Part shown: positions 1 to 9,272 of the stretch, in pieces
Position numbering within the stretch: the first letter of the stretch is position 1
How the letters are laid out: every line of letters starts with the position of its first letter
NCBI GenBank assembly: GCA_963700145.1
Contig: OY969474.1
Location: 3,712,001-3,776,000, forward strand
Direction of reading: 5' to 3'
Length of the DNA stretch: 64,000 nt
Source of the DNA: an uncultured Acidobacteriota bacterium
GTDB lineage: Bacteria > Acidobacteriota > Thermoanaerobaculia > Multivoradales > UBA5704
Position numbers and translations under genes: made by a program
Notes under the pieces: generated by a model
What the model saw: the letters and a program-made list of their open reading frames with translations, nothing else
Told to the model about the DNA's origin: nothing
Database searches by the model: none

Positions 1-474
1 GAGACCGAGGCGCCCGCGGCCCAGAGCCAGGAGACGGTGATGCTGCGCACCCCGGTGACCGAGCCGGTCCCCTCGCCCTACGGCGGGCCGGCCGCCGCGC
101 CGCCGCCGCCGAGCCCGGCCCAGACCGTCCGCATCGCGGCCTTCGGCGGCGAGGTGCAGCCGCCGCAGGACGTCCAGGGCCCGGGTTGGGCGTTCGCCAC
201 CGCCCGGATCCCGACGGCCGGGGTGGACGAGCACGAGGAGGCGCGGCGGCTGGCACGGCTGCTGGTCTCGGAGATCAAGCTCTACAACGAGGAGCAGGTC
301 GAGGAGGGGCGGCGCAACCGCGACCTCTACGAGCGGCTCAAGGACGACATCGACCGCTCGCGCCAGCTCTACGAGGAGCGGGTGGACCAGAGGATCCTCA
401 ACTCGACCGATTACTTCTACCAGGAGCTGGTGCGCATCCTGGCCGCGGGCGACTCGCGGGCGCTGGGGATCTGA
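1..474 (+). CDS. Partial (5'-truncated) conserved hypothetical protein with a helical C-terminal domain
   Basis: Frame is open from base 1. A Pro/Ala-rich linker is followed by ARRLARLLVSEIKLYNE...DIDRSRQLYEERV. Codon usage is strongly GC3-biased. Confidence 0.75.
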   Translation, partial: ETEAPAAQSQETVMLRTPVTEPVPSPYGGPAAAPPPPSPAQTVRIAAFGGEVQPPQDVQGPGWAFATARIPTAGVDEHEEARRLARLLVSEIKLYNEEQVEEGRRNRDLYERLKDDIDRSRQLYEERVDQRILNSTDYFYQELVRILAAGDSRALGI

Positions 475-525
475 CCACGGTCGGAATTCGGGAATCGACG
501 TCTGCAGCAAGGAGTTGATGTTGCC

Positions 526-2745
526 GTGAGCCGTGTCGTCGTACGCCGGAAGCTCCTCCCCCTCGCCATCCCGATCCTCGTTCCCCTGCTGCTGGGCGCG
601 GCCAGCCGCCCGCCTGAGCCGGCGGCGCCCGCCGGCGCCTTGCGCGCCGACCCGGCCGCCGGCCGCTACGCGCAGGCCGCCGCGGCGCTGCGCGCCCGGG
701 AGTGCGCCAAGGCCCACGAGCTGCTCGCGCCGCTCGCCCAGGGCAAGGACGCCGACGCCGCCTTCGCGCGGCTGGTGACCGGCCTCCAGGCCCACGCCTG
801 CGAGGACGTGGCCGCCGCCGAGGAGCGCCTCTACGCCGCCGTCCACCCGGGCAGCCCGCTCGAGGACTGGCGGCTCTACATCCTGGCCGACAGCGCCGGC
901 GCCCGCGGCCACGTGCTGGTGGCGCAGGCCGCCCTCGCCAAGCTCCTCTCCGACTACCCGGCGTCGCCGCTGCGCGCGCCGGCGCGGGTCAAGGCCGCCG
1001 AGCTGGCCTGGGAGCGCGGCGACTCGCGGCGCGCCCTCGACCTGGTCGAGAGCGGCCGCCGCGAGGCGACGGCCGGCGACTCCGCCACCCGGCTCGAGGC
1101 CCTGGCCTGGACGATCGGCGGCGCGCTCGCCGACCGCGAGGTGCAGGAGAGGGCGGCGCGGCGCCTGCTGTCCGAAGCGCCGGAGAAGGCGGCGGAGCTG
1201 CGGGTGGTGGAGCTCTTCCGGCAGCCCGACGGCACCCTCGCCTGGGAGCGGTTCCTGTCCCCCGAGGAGCTGCAGCGGCGTGCCGCCTCGCTCCTCGCCC
1301 TGGGTCTCGCCGACAGCGCGCTCGCGACCCTCGACGCCGCCGCGGCGCGCGACCGCGACCTCGCCTGGGCCCTGGCCCGCGCCGAGGTGCTGATCGCCGC
1401 CCGGCGCGGCGCCGAGGCGGTGGACCTCCTCGCCCTCTGGCGCCCGGCGGGCTCGCTCGAGCGGGTGGAGCTCGAATGGGCGCGCGCCCGCGCCGGTCTC
1501 GACGCCGCCACCGCCCGCCGCGGCCGCGCCAACCTGCCGCCGGACGAGCGGGCGCTGCTGCGCCGGCAGGCCCGCGGCCAGCTCGAGCGCGTCGTGCAGC
1601 TCGGGGTCAACCGCGAACGGTCGGTCGCGGCGCTGCGCACCCTCTACGACGACCTGACGGCCGACGAAGGGATCGAGCCGGCGCTCGACGCCCTGCGCCG
1701 GCTGCGCCTGCTCGACCCCACCGACACGACCGGCGCGAGCGACCTCTGGGAGCTCGGCTGGCGCGAGTACCGCCGCGACAACTACACCGGCGCCATCGGC
1801 ACCTGGACCGAGCTCGCCGTCCTCTACCCGGAGAATTCGGCGGCGCGCCGCGGCCGCTACTGGGCGGCCCGCGCCTTCGAGGCGCTCGGCGAAGGGGAGC
1901 GGGCGACGCAGATCTACGCCGAGCTGGCGGCGGCCGACACCACCGACTTCTACCGCAAGAACGCCCTGGCGCGGGTGCGCCGCGCCATCCCGGTGCGCGC
2001 CGCGCTGGCGGCGGCCGCCGTCGAGCCCTGGCCCGAGGAGCCGCTGCTGCGCCGCGCCCGCTTGCTCACCGACCTCGGGTTCGACGACCTGGCGCTCACC
2101 GAGCTCAACCTCGTGCGCGAGCGGGCGCAGCCGCGCGCCGTCCTCGCCACCGAGGCGCTGGTGCTCGCCAACAAGGGGCAGCGGCGGAGCAGCATCCAGG
2201 TGATCTCGAAGGCCTTCCCGGCCCTCGGCGGCGCGCACCAGGCCGCGCTGCCGGACGCCGCCCGCCGCCTCTACTACCCGCTCGACTACCAGGAGGCGGT
2301 GCGGAGCTGGGCGCGCGCCAACGACCTGTCGGTGCCGCTGGTCTACGGCATCGTCCGCCAGGAGAGCGCCTTCGACCGCACCGCCGTCTCGCGCGCCGGC
2401 GCCCGCGGCCTGATGCAGCTCATGCCGGCTACCGCCCGCGAGCTGGCCGGCCGCCTCGGCCTCGGCTACTCGTACGAGCGGCTCGGCGAGCCGGCCTACA
2501 ACGTCCAGCTCGGCACCACCTACTTCCGCCAGGTGCTGTCGATGTTCGACGGCAACGTCGAGCTGGCGCTGGCCGGCTACAACGGCGGCCCCTACCGCAT
2601 CAAGCGGCTCTGGCGCGAGTCGGGCGAGCGCGAGCTCGACCACTTCCTCGAAGCGCTCGACCTCGAGGAGTCGAAGACCTACGTCAAGCGCATCCTGGTG
2701 CTCTCCGACAGCTACCGGCAGCTCTATCCGGAGGCTTCTGGTTAG
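526..2745 (+). CDS. Soluble lytic transglycosylase (Slt70-like, TPR/helical region + SLT domain)
   Basis: Signal peptide; SLT motifs IVRQESAF, GARGLMQLMP, NVQLGT, ALAGYNGGP, ESKTYV. Confidence 0.92.
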   Translation: MSRVVVRRKLLPLAIPILVPLLLGAASRPPEPAAPAGALRADPAAGRYAQAAAALRARECAKAHELLAPLAQGKDADAAFARLVTGLQAHACEDVAAAEERLYAAVHPGSPLEDWRLYILADSAGARGHVLVAQAALAKLLSDYPASPLRAPARVKAAELAWERGDSRRALDLVESGRREATAGDSATRLEALAWTIGGALADREVQERAARRLLSEAPEKAAELRVVELFRQPDGTLAWERFLSPEELQRRAASLLALGLADSALATLDAAAARDRDLAWALARAEVLIAARRGAEAVDLLALWRPAGSLERVELEWARARAGLDAATARRGRANLPPDERALLRRQARGQLERVVQLGVNRERSVAALRTLYDDLTADEGIEPALDALRRLRLLDPTDTTGASDLWELGWREYRRDNYTGAIGTWTELAVLYPENSAARRGRYWAARAFEALGEGERATQIYAELAAADTTDFYRKNALARVRRAIPVRAALAAAAVEPWPEEPLLRRARLLTDLGFDDLALTELNLVRERAQPRAVLATEALVLANKGQRRSSIQVISKAFPALGGAHQAALPDAARRLYYPLDYQEAVRSWARANDLSVPLVYGIVRQESAFDRTAVSRAGARGLMQLMPATARELAGRLGLGYSYERLGEPAYNVQLGTTYFRQVLSMFDGNVELALAGYNGGPYRIKRLWRESGERELDHFLEALDLEESKTYVKRILVLSDSYRQLYPEASG

Positions 2746-4198
2746 GAGCGCTTTCCTTCCCACGCTGCTCGCGGCGGCCCTCGCGGCCGCCGCCGGCTGC
2801 GCCCCCCGCCCCGAGCCGCCGCCGGTCCACGACGGCCCCATCGTCCTCGTCACCTTCGACGCCCTGCGCGCCGACGTCGTGGGCGCGCTCGGCGGTCCGC
2901 CGGGGCTCACCCCGCACCTCGACGCCCTGGCGCGGCGCAGCGACTGGGTGGGCCGGGGGGTCGCGCCGTCGAGCTGGGGGGTGCCGGCGCACGCCTCGCT
3001 CGCCACCGGCCTCCAGCCCTGGCAGCACGGCGCCCTCCACGTCGGCAGCGCCGTCCTCTCCCCCGAGCTGACGACCCTGGCCGAGGCGCTGCGGCGGGCC
3101 GGCTGGCGCACGCTGGCCTACCGCGACGGGCACTGGCTGTCGCCGCGCTTCGGCTACGAGCAGGGGTTCGACCGCTTCCACGAGCTGGCGGGCGGGCGCA
3201 AGGCGGAGGCGCGGCTGGAGCGCCTCGCCGGACGGGAGCTCGTCTGGCTGCACGTCCGCGAGCCGGAGGCCCCCTACCTGCGGCGCGACGATCTGTTGGG
3301 TCGCGTGCCCGACGCCCCGCCCGGGCTGCCGCCGCGGGTGGGGGAGATGCGCATCGAGCGGTGGTTCGATCCGGCGCGGCCGCTGCCGGCGGCGGAGCGG
3401 CGCCTCCTCTGGGCGATGTACCGGCTCAACGTCGCCGCGGCGGACGAGCGGCTGGGGCGCCTCCTCGCCGCGCTCGAGCGCAGCGGGCAGTGGGACCGGA
3501 CGCTCCTCGCCGTCACCGCCGGCCACGGCGAGGCCTTCGGCGAGCACGGGCAGGCCGGCCACGGCGGCAACCTGGGCCGGGAGCAGATCGAGGTGCCGCT
3601 CCTGGTGAAGCTGCCGCGCGGCTTCGGCCGCCGGCTGGCGCCGCCCCGGGCGCAGCGGGTGGGGACGGTGCGGCTCTGGGCGACGCTGGTCGAAGCGGCG
3701 GGGGGGCGGGCGCTGCCGGCGACGGCGCCGAGCCTCTTCCGGCCGGCGGCGCCGGCGGTCCTCTCCGAGCTCTACCTGGCGAACGGGACGAACGAGGTCT
3801 CGCTCGTCGAGGGGGACCTGCAGCTCCGCTGGCGCTCGCGCTTCGCGCCGGCCGAGCCGGGCTACTACCCGACCCGTCTCGCCAGCCTCGCCGGGCGCGG
3901 CAACGGACGGCAGGCGCGCCGGCTGTTCCAGCGGCTGCGCACCGCCTTCGACGCCACCCCGCCGCTCGCCGGCGCCGGCGAGCCTGAGCTCGTCCTGGAG
4001 CGCTGGAAGGGAGTGCGCGGCACCCGCCCGGTGGACGATCCGGCGCGGCGCGCCGCCCTGGCCGCCGCGCTGGCGCGGGCCTTCCGCCGCGCCGCCCCCG
4101 AGGAGCTGACGCCGGCGGAGGAGGTTCGATATACTGCCAGGTCCCGCGTGGGGGCGCCCCGGGTCCATAGCTCAGCGGTGAGAGCGTCCGGCTCATAA
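2726..4198 (+). CDS. Sulfatase-fold lipoprotein (start uncertain, probably non-canonical near 2726-2738)
   Basis: The frame upstream of GTG 2879 encodes a lipoprotein-like signal (LAAAAGC) and IVLVTFDALRAD. Downstream motifs PAHASLATG and TAGHGEAFGEHG match the alkaline-phosphatase/sulfatase superfamily. Confidence 0.75.
   Translation: MRRLLVRSAFLPTLLAAALAAAAGCAPRPEPPPVHDGPIVLVTFDALRADVVGALGGPPGLTPHLDALARRSDWVGRGVAPSSWGVPAHASLATGLQPWQHGALHVGSAVLSPELTTLAEALRRAGWRTLAYRDGHWLSPRFGYEQGFDRFHELAGGRKAEARLERLAGRELVWLHVREPEAPYLRRDDLLGRVPDAPPGLPPRVGEMRIERWFDPARPLPAAERRLLWAMYRLNVAAADERLGRLLAALERSGQWDRTLLAVTAGHGEAFGEHGQAGHGGNLGREQIEVPLLVKLPRGFGRRLAPPRAQRVGTVRLWATLVEAAGGRALPATAPSLFRPAAPAVLSELYLANGTNEVSLVEGDLQLRWRSRFAPAEPGYYPTRLASLAGRGNGRQARRLFQRLRTAFDATPPLAGAGEPELVLERWKGVRGTRPVDDPARRAALAAALARAFRRAAPEELTPAEEVRYTARSRVGAPRVHSSAVRASGS
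4106..4135 (+). promoter_or_regulatory. Putative sigma70 promoter for the tRNA
   Basis: CTGACG (4106-4111), 18-nt spacer, TATACT (4130-4135), ending 25 nt upstream of the tRNA 5' end. Confidence 0.55.
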
Positions 4199-4233
4199 CC
4201 GGCAGGTCCCTGGTTCGAATCCAGGTGGACCCA
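4161..4233 (+). tRNA. tRNA with CAT anticodon (likely tRNA-Ile2/lysidine; elongator Met not excluded); CCA not encoded
   Basis: Acceptor stem GGGTCCA/TGGACCC, D arm TAGCTCAG..AGAGC, anticodon loop CT-CAT-AA, T loop GGTTCGAATCC. Confidence 0.93.
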
Positions 4234-4272
4234 CTAGCAGTCGCGTGGCGTGGAGGGTTCTCGATCCTTTCG

Positions 4273-5016
4273 ATGGCGCACGTACTAGAGACCGTCGTGG
4301 AGCTGCAACGGGCCGTCGAGCGGCTGCGGGAGGCCGACCACCGGCTCCACGGCATCCCGGACTGGATGCGCGAGCTGCACGACCAGCACGCCGCCGCCCA
4401 GGCCGAGATCGCGGCGCTCGACGCCGTGGCGGCGGCGGCGGCGCACGACCGGCGGACCGCCGAGGGGGCGGTGGCCGACGCCCAGATCAAGCTCAAGCGC
4501 TACCAGCAGCAGATCAACGCCGTCACCACCCAGCGCGAGTACGGCGCTCTCCTGCAGGAGATCGACACCGTCAAGGCGCAGATCGCGCAGCACGAGGAGC
4601 AGGGCCTCGCCGCCCTCGACCGGCACGAGAAGGCGCAGGCCGACCTCGCCGCCCGCCGCGAATCCTTCGCCGATCTCGAGGGCCGCTACCGCGAGGAGCT
4701 GGCGCGCTGGGAGGCCGAGAAGCCGGGCGTGGCGAGCCAGGTGGCCGAGCTGAGCGCGCAGATCGACGACCTGCGCGGGCGGCTGCCGCGGTCGGTCGTG
4801 GGGCAGTTCGACCGCATCCGCGAGCGCCACGGCGGCGGCGCGCTCGCCCCGGTGCGCCGGATCCAGCGCGGCCCGCGCGGCCCGCAGGAGTGGCACTGCG
4901 GCGCCTGCAACTACCACGTGCGGCCGCAGATCGTCGTCGAGATCCGCAACAGCGGCACCCTCATCCAGTGCGACGCCTGCAAGCGGATCCTCTACCTCGA
5001 GGCCGCCGAAGGCTGA
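4273..5016 (+). CDS. Coiled-coil protein with C4-type zinc ribbon (DUF164/CT398-like)
   Basis: Long coiled coil, REYGAL..EID, C-terminal CGAC...CDACKRIL. Confidence 0.88.
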   Translation: MAHVLETVVELQRAVERLREADHRLHGIPDWMRELHDQHAAAQAEIAALDAVAAAAAHDRRTAEGAVADAQIKLKRYQQQINAVTTQREYGALLQEIDTVKAQIAQHEEQGLAALDRHEKAQADLAARRESFADLEGRYREELARWEAEKPGVASQVAELSAQIDDLRGRLPRSVVGQFDRIRERHGGGALAPVRRIQRGPRGPQEWHCGACNYHVRPQIVVEIRNSGTLIQCDACKRILYLEAAEG

Positions 5017-5022
5017 CCCAAA

Positions 5023-5727
5023 ATGAGCGACGAGAGCGTCGGCGACCGCCTGCGGCGGATCGAGCGGCGCATCGCCGAGGCCTGCGCGCGCGCCGGTCGG
5101 CGCCCGGAGGAAGTGCGCCTCCTCGGCGCCAGCAAGGGCCAGCCGGTCGCGGCGCTGCGTGAGGCCTGGGAGGCGGGGCTGCGCCTCTTCGGCGAGAACC
5201 GGGTGCAGGAGGCGGCGGCGAAGGCGCCGGAGCTGCCGGCGGAGATCGAATGGCACCTGATCGGCCCCCTCCAGACCAACAAGGTGCGGCGCGCGCTCGA
5301 CCTCTTCGCCGCCGTCCACTCGGTGGACCGGCCGAAGATCGCGGAGGCGCTGGCGCGCGAGGCGGCGGCGCGAGGCGTCGATCTGCCGGTCTTCCTGGAA
5401 GTGAACCTCGCCGGCGAGGCGAGCAAGCACGGCTTCCTGGCGGATGGTCTCGCCGCCGCGGCGGCGCCGCTCACCGCGCTCCCGCGCCTGCGCGTTGTGG
5501 GTCTCATGGCCGTGCCGCCGCTCGGCGGCGATCCCGAGGCGTCCCGCCCCTGGTTCCGCCGGCTGCGCGCCCTCCGCGACGAGCTCGCCGCCCGCCCCGA
5601 GTGGCGCGGCTGGCCGGGGTGGCTGTCGATGGGGATGAGCGACGACTTCGAGGTCGCGGTCGAGGAGGGGGCGACGCACGTGCGCGTCGGCACCGCGCTC
5701 TTCGGGCCGCGGCGGATATACTCCTAG
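5023..5727 (+). CDS. yggS: PLP homeostasis protein YggS/PLPBP
   Basis: GASK, FGENRVQE, WHLIGPLQTNK, SMGMSDDF, VRVGTALFG. Confidence 0.96.
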   Translation: MSDESVGDRLRRIERRIAEACARAGRRPEEVRLLGASKGQPVAALREAWEAGLRLFGENRVQEAAAKAPELPAEIEWHLIGPLQTNKVRRALDLFAAVHSVDRPKIAEALAREAAARGVDLPVFLEVNLAGEASKHGFLADGLAAAAAPLTALPRLRVVGLMAVPPLGGDPEASRPWFRRLRALRDELAARPEWRGWPGWLSMGMSDDFEVAVEEGATHVRVGTALFGPRRIYS

Positions 5728-5750
5728 CAAGCAAGCACTGGAGCGATTCG

Positions 5751-6956
5751 ATGGAGCTGCCTTCCGCCGGCCCGCCTGGGCCGACGCTGTCATGGCATCT
5801 GGACCCGGGGAATCGCCCCAAGCGGATCCTGGCGCTCGACGGCGGCGGCGTGCGCGGCACCCTGTCTCTCCAGTACCTCGAGCGCATCGAGGGCATCCTG
5901 CGCCAGCGGCTGGGCCGTCCAGGCCTCGTGCTGTCCGATTACTTCGACCTGATCGGCGGCACCTCGACCGGCGCGATCATCGCGGCCGGCCTGGCGTTGG
6001 GCCTCGACGTCGCAAGGCTCAAGAAGGAGTACGACGAGCTGGCGGCCCGCATCTTCAAGAAGCCGTTCTTCCGCCTCGGCGCCATCGTGCCCAAGTTCGG
6101 TCACGAGACCCTCAAGGTGGCCCTGAAGGGGGTATTCGGCGAAGGGACGAAGCTGGGCTCCCCGGACCTCAAGACCGGCCTGATGATCATGACCAAGCGG
6201 ATGGACACCGGGAAGCCGTGGCCGCTCACGAACCACCCGAAGGATCCGTATTTCGCTCCCCAGCTCGGGAAGCGCCGGATCGGCAACGCCAACATGCTCC
6301 TCTGGCAGCTCGTCCGCGCGAGCACCGCGGCGCCGCACTACTTCCGCCCGGAGGACCTCGTCGTCGGCTCCGCCCTCGACCCGGCGAGCGGGCAGCCGAC
6401 CGTCGACCACGGCCAGTTCGTGGACGGCGGCGTCTCGACCGCCAACAACCCGTCCTTGCAGCTCCTGAAAGTCGCTCTTCTCCGAGGCTTCGCCTTCAAC
6501 TGGAGCGCGGGCGAGGACGAGCTGCTGCTCGTCTCCGTCGGCACCGGGCTGCCGCGGCGGGGTCGGGGTCGGGCGCGGGGGTTCGCCGCCACGGCGGGCA
6601 GGTTCGCGTTCTCGTCGCTGCTTTCGCTCATGGCCGACTGCAACGACGAGGTCGAGACGCTGATGCAGTGGCTGTCCGACGGTCCCACGGCGCGACGCAT
6701 CGACGGCCAGATCGGCGACCTCGGGAACGAAGCGCTGGGCGGACGCCGCCTCCTCACCTACAGGCGCTACAACGTCAGGCTCGAGAGCGCCTGGCTGAAG
6801 AGCGAGCTGGGCCTCGACCGCTCCCAGGAGGAGCTGGACCTGCTGTCCCGGATGGACCGCCCGGCCGGGATGTCCGCGCTGGCGGCCATGGGAGCGCAGG
6901 CCGCCGCCCGACAGGTCGAGCCGGGACACTTGCCGTCGGCGTTCGATCCCCGGTAG
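5751..6956 (+). CDS. Patatin-like phospholipase
   Basis: ILALDGGGVRG, GTSTG (catalytic Ser), RASTAAP, FVDGG (catalytic Asp). Confidence 0.93.
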   Translation: MELPSAGPPGPTLSWHLDPGNRPKRILALDGGGVRGTLSLQYLERIEGILRQRLGRPGLVLSDYFDLIGGTSTGAIIAAGLALGLDVARLKKEYDELAARIFKKPFFRLGAIVPKFGHETLKVALKGVFGEGTKLGSPDLKTGLMIMTKRMDTGKPWPLTNHPKDPYFAPQLGKRRIGNANMLLWQLVRASTAAPHYFRPEDLVVGSALDPASGQPTVDHGQFVDGGVSTANNPSLQLLKVALLRGFAFNWSAGEDELLLVSVGTGLPRRGRGRARGFAATAGRFAFSSLLSLMADCNDEVETLMQWLSDGPTARRIDGQIGDLGNEALGGRRLLTYRRYNVRLESAWLKSELGLDRSQEELDLLSRMDRPAGMSALAAMGAQAAARQVEPGHLPSAFDPR

Positions 6957-6987
6957 GCGCCGGCGAACTGCGAGCGAGGACCAGGTC

Positions 6988-8313
6988 ATGACCCCTTCGA
7001 TCTTCATCAGCCTCACGCACCGGGACACCAGCATCGCGGAAGCGCTCGATCGGGCCCTCAAAGCGCTGCTCGGCGAGGACGCGGCGGTTTACTTCTCGAC
7101 CAGCAAGGAGCTGCGCGGGGGCATCGGGCACGGCGAGAACTGGTTCCAGTGGATCGTCGACAAGGTCAAGGAGTGCGACTTCTCCCTGGTCCTCATCACC
7201 CCCGCCTCGGTCCAGAAACCCTGGATCCCGTGGGAGGCGGGCGCGGTGTACGGCGCGGCCGTCGCCTCTGGGCAAGAGGGCCTGCGCAAGGTGCGGCCGC
7301 TCCTCTACCGCGTGCGGACCGACGACCTGCCGTCGCCGATCCGCGACTCTCAGATCCAGCTCCGGCGCGGCGACGACCCCGGCGACGTCATGACCTTCTT
7401 CAAAGGGATCCTCGCCCAGTACAAGGACAGCCTGGGAGCAGACAAATTCATCACGGCGTCGATGCGGCTAGAGCAGACCGTCGCCAAACACATTCAGGAG
7501 GTCGAGACGAGCCTGAAGCTCGCCCCGATGCTGGCGGACACCAACGTCGTCGAGGAGTGGCGCCATCGCCTCGACGACCTGCTGCAACAGAACAGAGCTT
7601 CAGAGGTGGAGCACCTCCACCAGTGGCTCGACATCGCCTTCGGCCGCGACCAGGCGGATCGGCCGCAGCCGCTGGACCTCCGCCTCCACTCCAAGCTGGC
7701 CAGCCTCTACCTCAAGGCCAAGAAGTACCCGGAGGCGGTCCAGCAACTCGAGCTGGCGCGGCGGCTCGCCCCCCGCGACATCTACGTCCTCCGCACCCTC
7801 GGCAAGGCGTATCTGGAGAACAAGCAGCGCGACGAGGCAAGGGCCGTACTCGAAGCCATCGCGGAGCTCGACCCGAAGGCTTTCGTCCACAACGTCGAGT
7901 GCGCGGCCCTGCAGGGCCGCTGGTACCGCGAAGGCAAGAACCCGCAGAAGGCGGTGGAGATCTTCGCGGCGGCGCTCGACGAGAACCCGGATTCCCACTA
8001 CCTGGCCAACCTCCTGGGCGAGGCCCGCCTCGAGGCCCGCGACCAACCGGGAGCGAAGGCCGCCTTCGAGCGCGTGGTTCAGATCATCGAGGAGCTCGGC
8101 GAGGAGAACGTCTGGACCCACGCTTCGCTCGCCAACGCCGCCTTCGTTTGCGGCGACGACGCGGCGGCGGTCGCTCATCTCCGGGCGATCTGCGACGGAA
8201 AGCCTCACGCCGATACTCTCTCGACGATCACCGAGGGCCTCACCCGTCTCGCCGCGAACGTTGAAGGCGGCCGGGAGCGGCTGCCGGCGCTGCTGCAGAC
8301 CTTCAGACGATGA
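6988..8313 (+). CDS. TIR domain + TPR-repeat protein
   Basis: N-terminal IFIS..H.D, G..W...I, LVLITPAS..KPWIPWEAG (TIR_2-like, with the Glu that is catalytic in NADase TIRs). The C-terminal half has TPR-like repeats. Confidence 0.85.
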   Translation: MTPSIFISLTHRDTSIAEALDRALKALLGEDAAVYFSTSKELRGGIGHGENWFQWIVDKVKECDFSLVLITPASVQKPWIPWEAGAVYGAAVASGQEGLRKVRPLLYRVRTDDLPSPIRDSQIQLRRGDDPGDVMTFFKGILAQYKDSLGADKFITASMRLEQTVAKHIQEVETSLKLAPMLADTNVVEEWRHRLDDLLQQNRASEVEHLHQWLDIAFGRDQADRPQPLDLRLHSKLASLYLKAKKYPEAVQQLELARRLAPRDIYVLRTLGKAYLENKQRDEARAVLEAIAELDPKAFVHNVECAALQGRWYREGKNPQKAVEIFAAALDENPDSHYLANLLGEARLEARDQPGAKAAFERVVQIIEELGEENVWTHASLANAAFVCGDDAAAVAHLRAICDGKPHADTLSTITEGLTRLAANVEGGRERLPALLQTFRR

Positions 8314-9188
8314 CCGATTCCGCGGTCCGCTCGGCCTGGAGGCAGCAAGCCGTCTGGTCGGCCCTGGCCAATCGCCTCAAGCGCGGGCTGGCGCGCTCGC
8401 GCCGCTGGACGTTGGGCCTGATGATCGCCGGCGCGCTCCTCGAGACGGCGGCCGCGCAGGCGAGCTCGATCGGCGGTGCGCCCGCCGGCGCCGCGACGAT
8501 CCTGAGCGCGGCCGGCGCCGCGGCGCTTGCCGCCGCCGCCTTCATTCGCGTGCGCAAGCTCGGCGTGGACCGCGTTCGCGACTGGGTCCGGGCGCGGTCG
8601 GCGTCGGAAGGGCTGAAGGAGGCCGTCTTCCTGCACGTGATGGGGGCGGCCGCCGAGCCGCTCGGACAGGTCGTCGACCGGATCCTCGGCAAGGTCAAGG
8701 ACCTCGAGCCCCAGGCGGCCCTGATCGGCGTGCCCGAGAGAGAGCCTCCCGGACCGATGGACGTCGAGCGGTACATCGAGGTCCGCGTGAGCGGCCAGAT
8801 CGACGGCTTCTATCGGCCGCGCGCGGCGGCGCTGGCTCGCCGCCTCGCCTGGACGCGCCGCGCCGAGTTCGCGGTCCTCCTCACCGGCGCCGCGATCGGG
8901 GCCCTCTCCCCGGTCGTCGGTGCGGCGCGGACTGCGGCCTGGGTCGCGGTGCTGACGACGGTGGCCGGCGCGCTGGTCGCGGAAGCCGAGGCCGCGCGCT
9001 ACACCCACCTCATCATCAGCTACCGCACGACCGCCCGCCGGCTGGAAGCGCTGCGCGACGCCTGGCGCGAGCGGGCGCAAGCGGGCCCCGTGCCACCGGA
9101 CGAGGTGGCTCGCCTCGTCCGCAGCTGCGAGGAGGCCATCTCGATCGAGAACCAGGGGTGGATGGCCGAGTGGATCCGCGAGGGCTGA
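8310..9188 (+). CDS. Tandem SLATT (DUF4231-like) membrane protein
   Basis: Two 2-TM units, each followed by a SLATT-like helix (WVRARSASEGLK; YRTTARRLEALR...CEEAISIENQGW). ATGA overlap with the TIR gene. Confidence 0.8.
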   Translation: MTDSAVRSAWRQQAVWSALANRLKRGLARSRRWTLGLMIAGALLETAAAQASSIGGAPAGAATILSAAGAAALAAAAFIRVRKLGVDRVRDWVRARSASEGLKEAVFLHVMGAAAEPLGQVVDRILGKVKDLEPQAALIGVPEREPPGPMDVERYIEVRVSGQIDGFYRPRAAALARRLAWTRRAEFAVLLTGAAIGALSPVVGAARTAAWVAVLTTVAGALVAEAEAARYTHLIISYRTTARRLEALRDAWRERAQAGPVPPDEVARLVRSCEEAISIENQGWMAEWIREG

Positions 9189-9272
9189 CGCGCCAACGCT
9201 CCGCCAAGGCTCGCGGCCGACGGATGCTAAGATGAGCATTCTTCTTTCGGTCGCAGTGCAGGAGAGGTGCCG

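Noticed and set aside
5250-5750. N-terminal extension of patatin (and similar extensions of hutI, purL, purQ, GT4, pgl)
   Set aside because: Each overlaps the upstream real gene in another frame, so downstream starts were chosen.
4161-9188. tRNA-anchored integrative element carrying the defence-like cassette
   Set aside because: No integrase and no duplicated tRNA 3' end were found, and housekeeping genes lie between the tRNA and the cassette.
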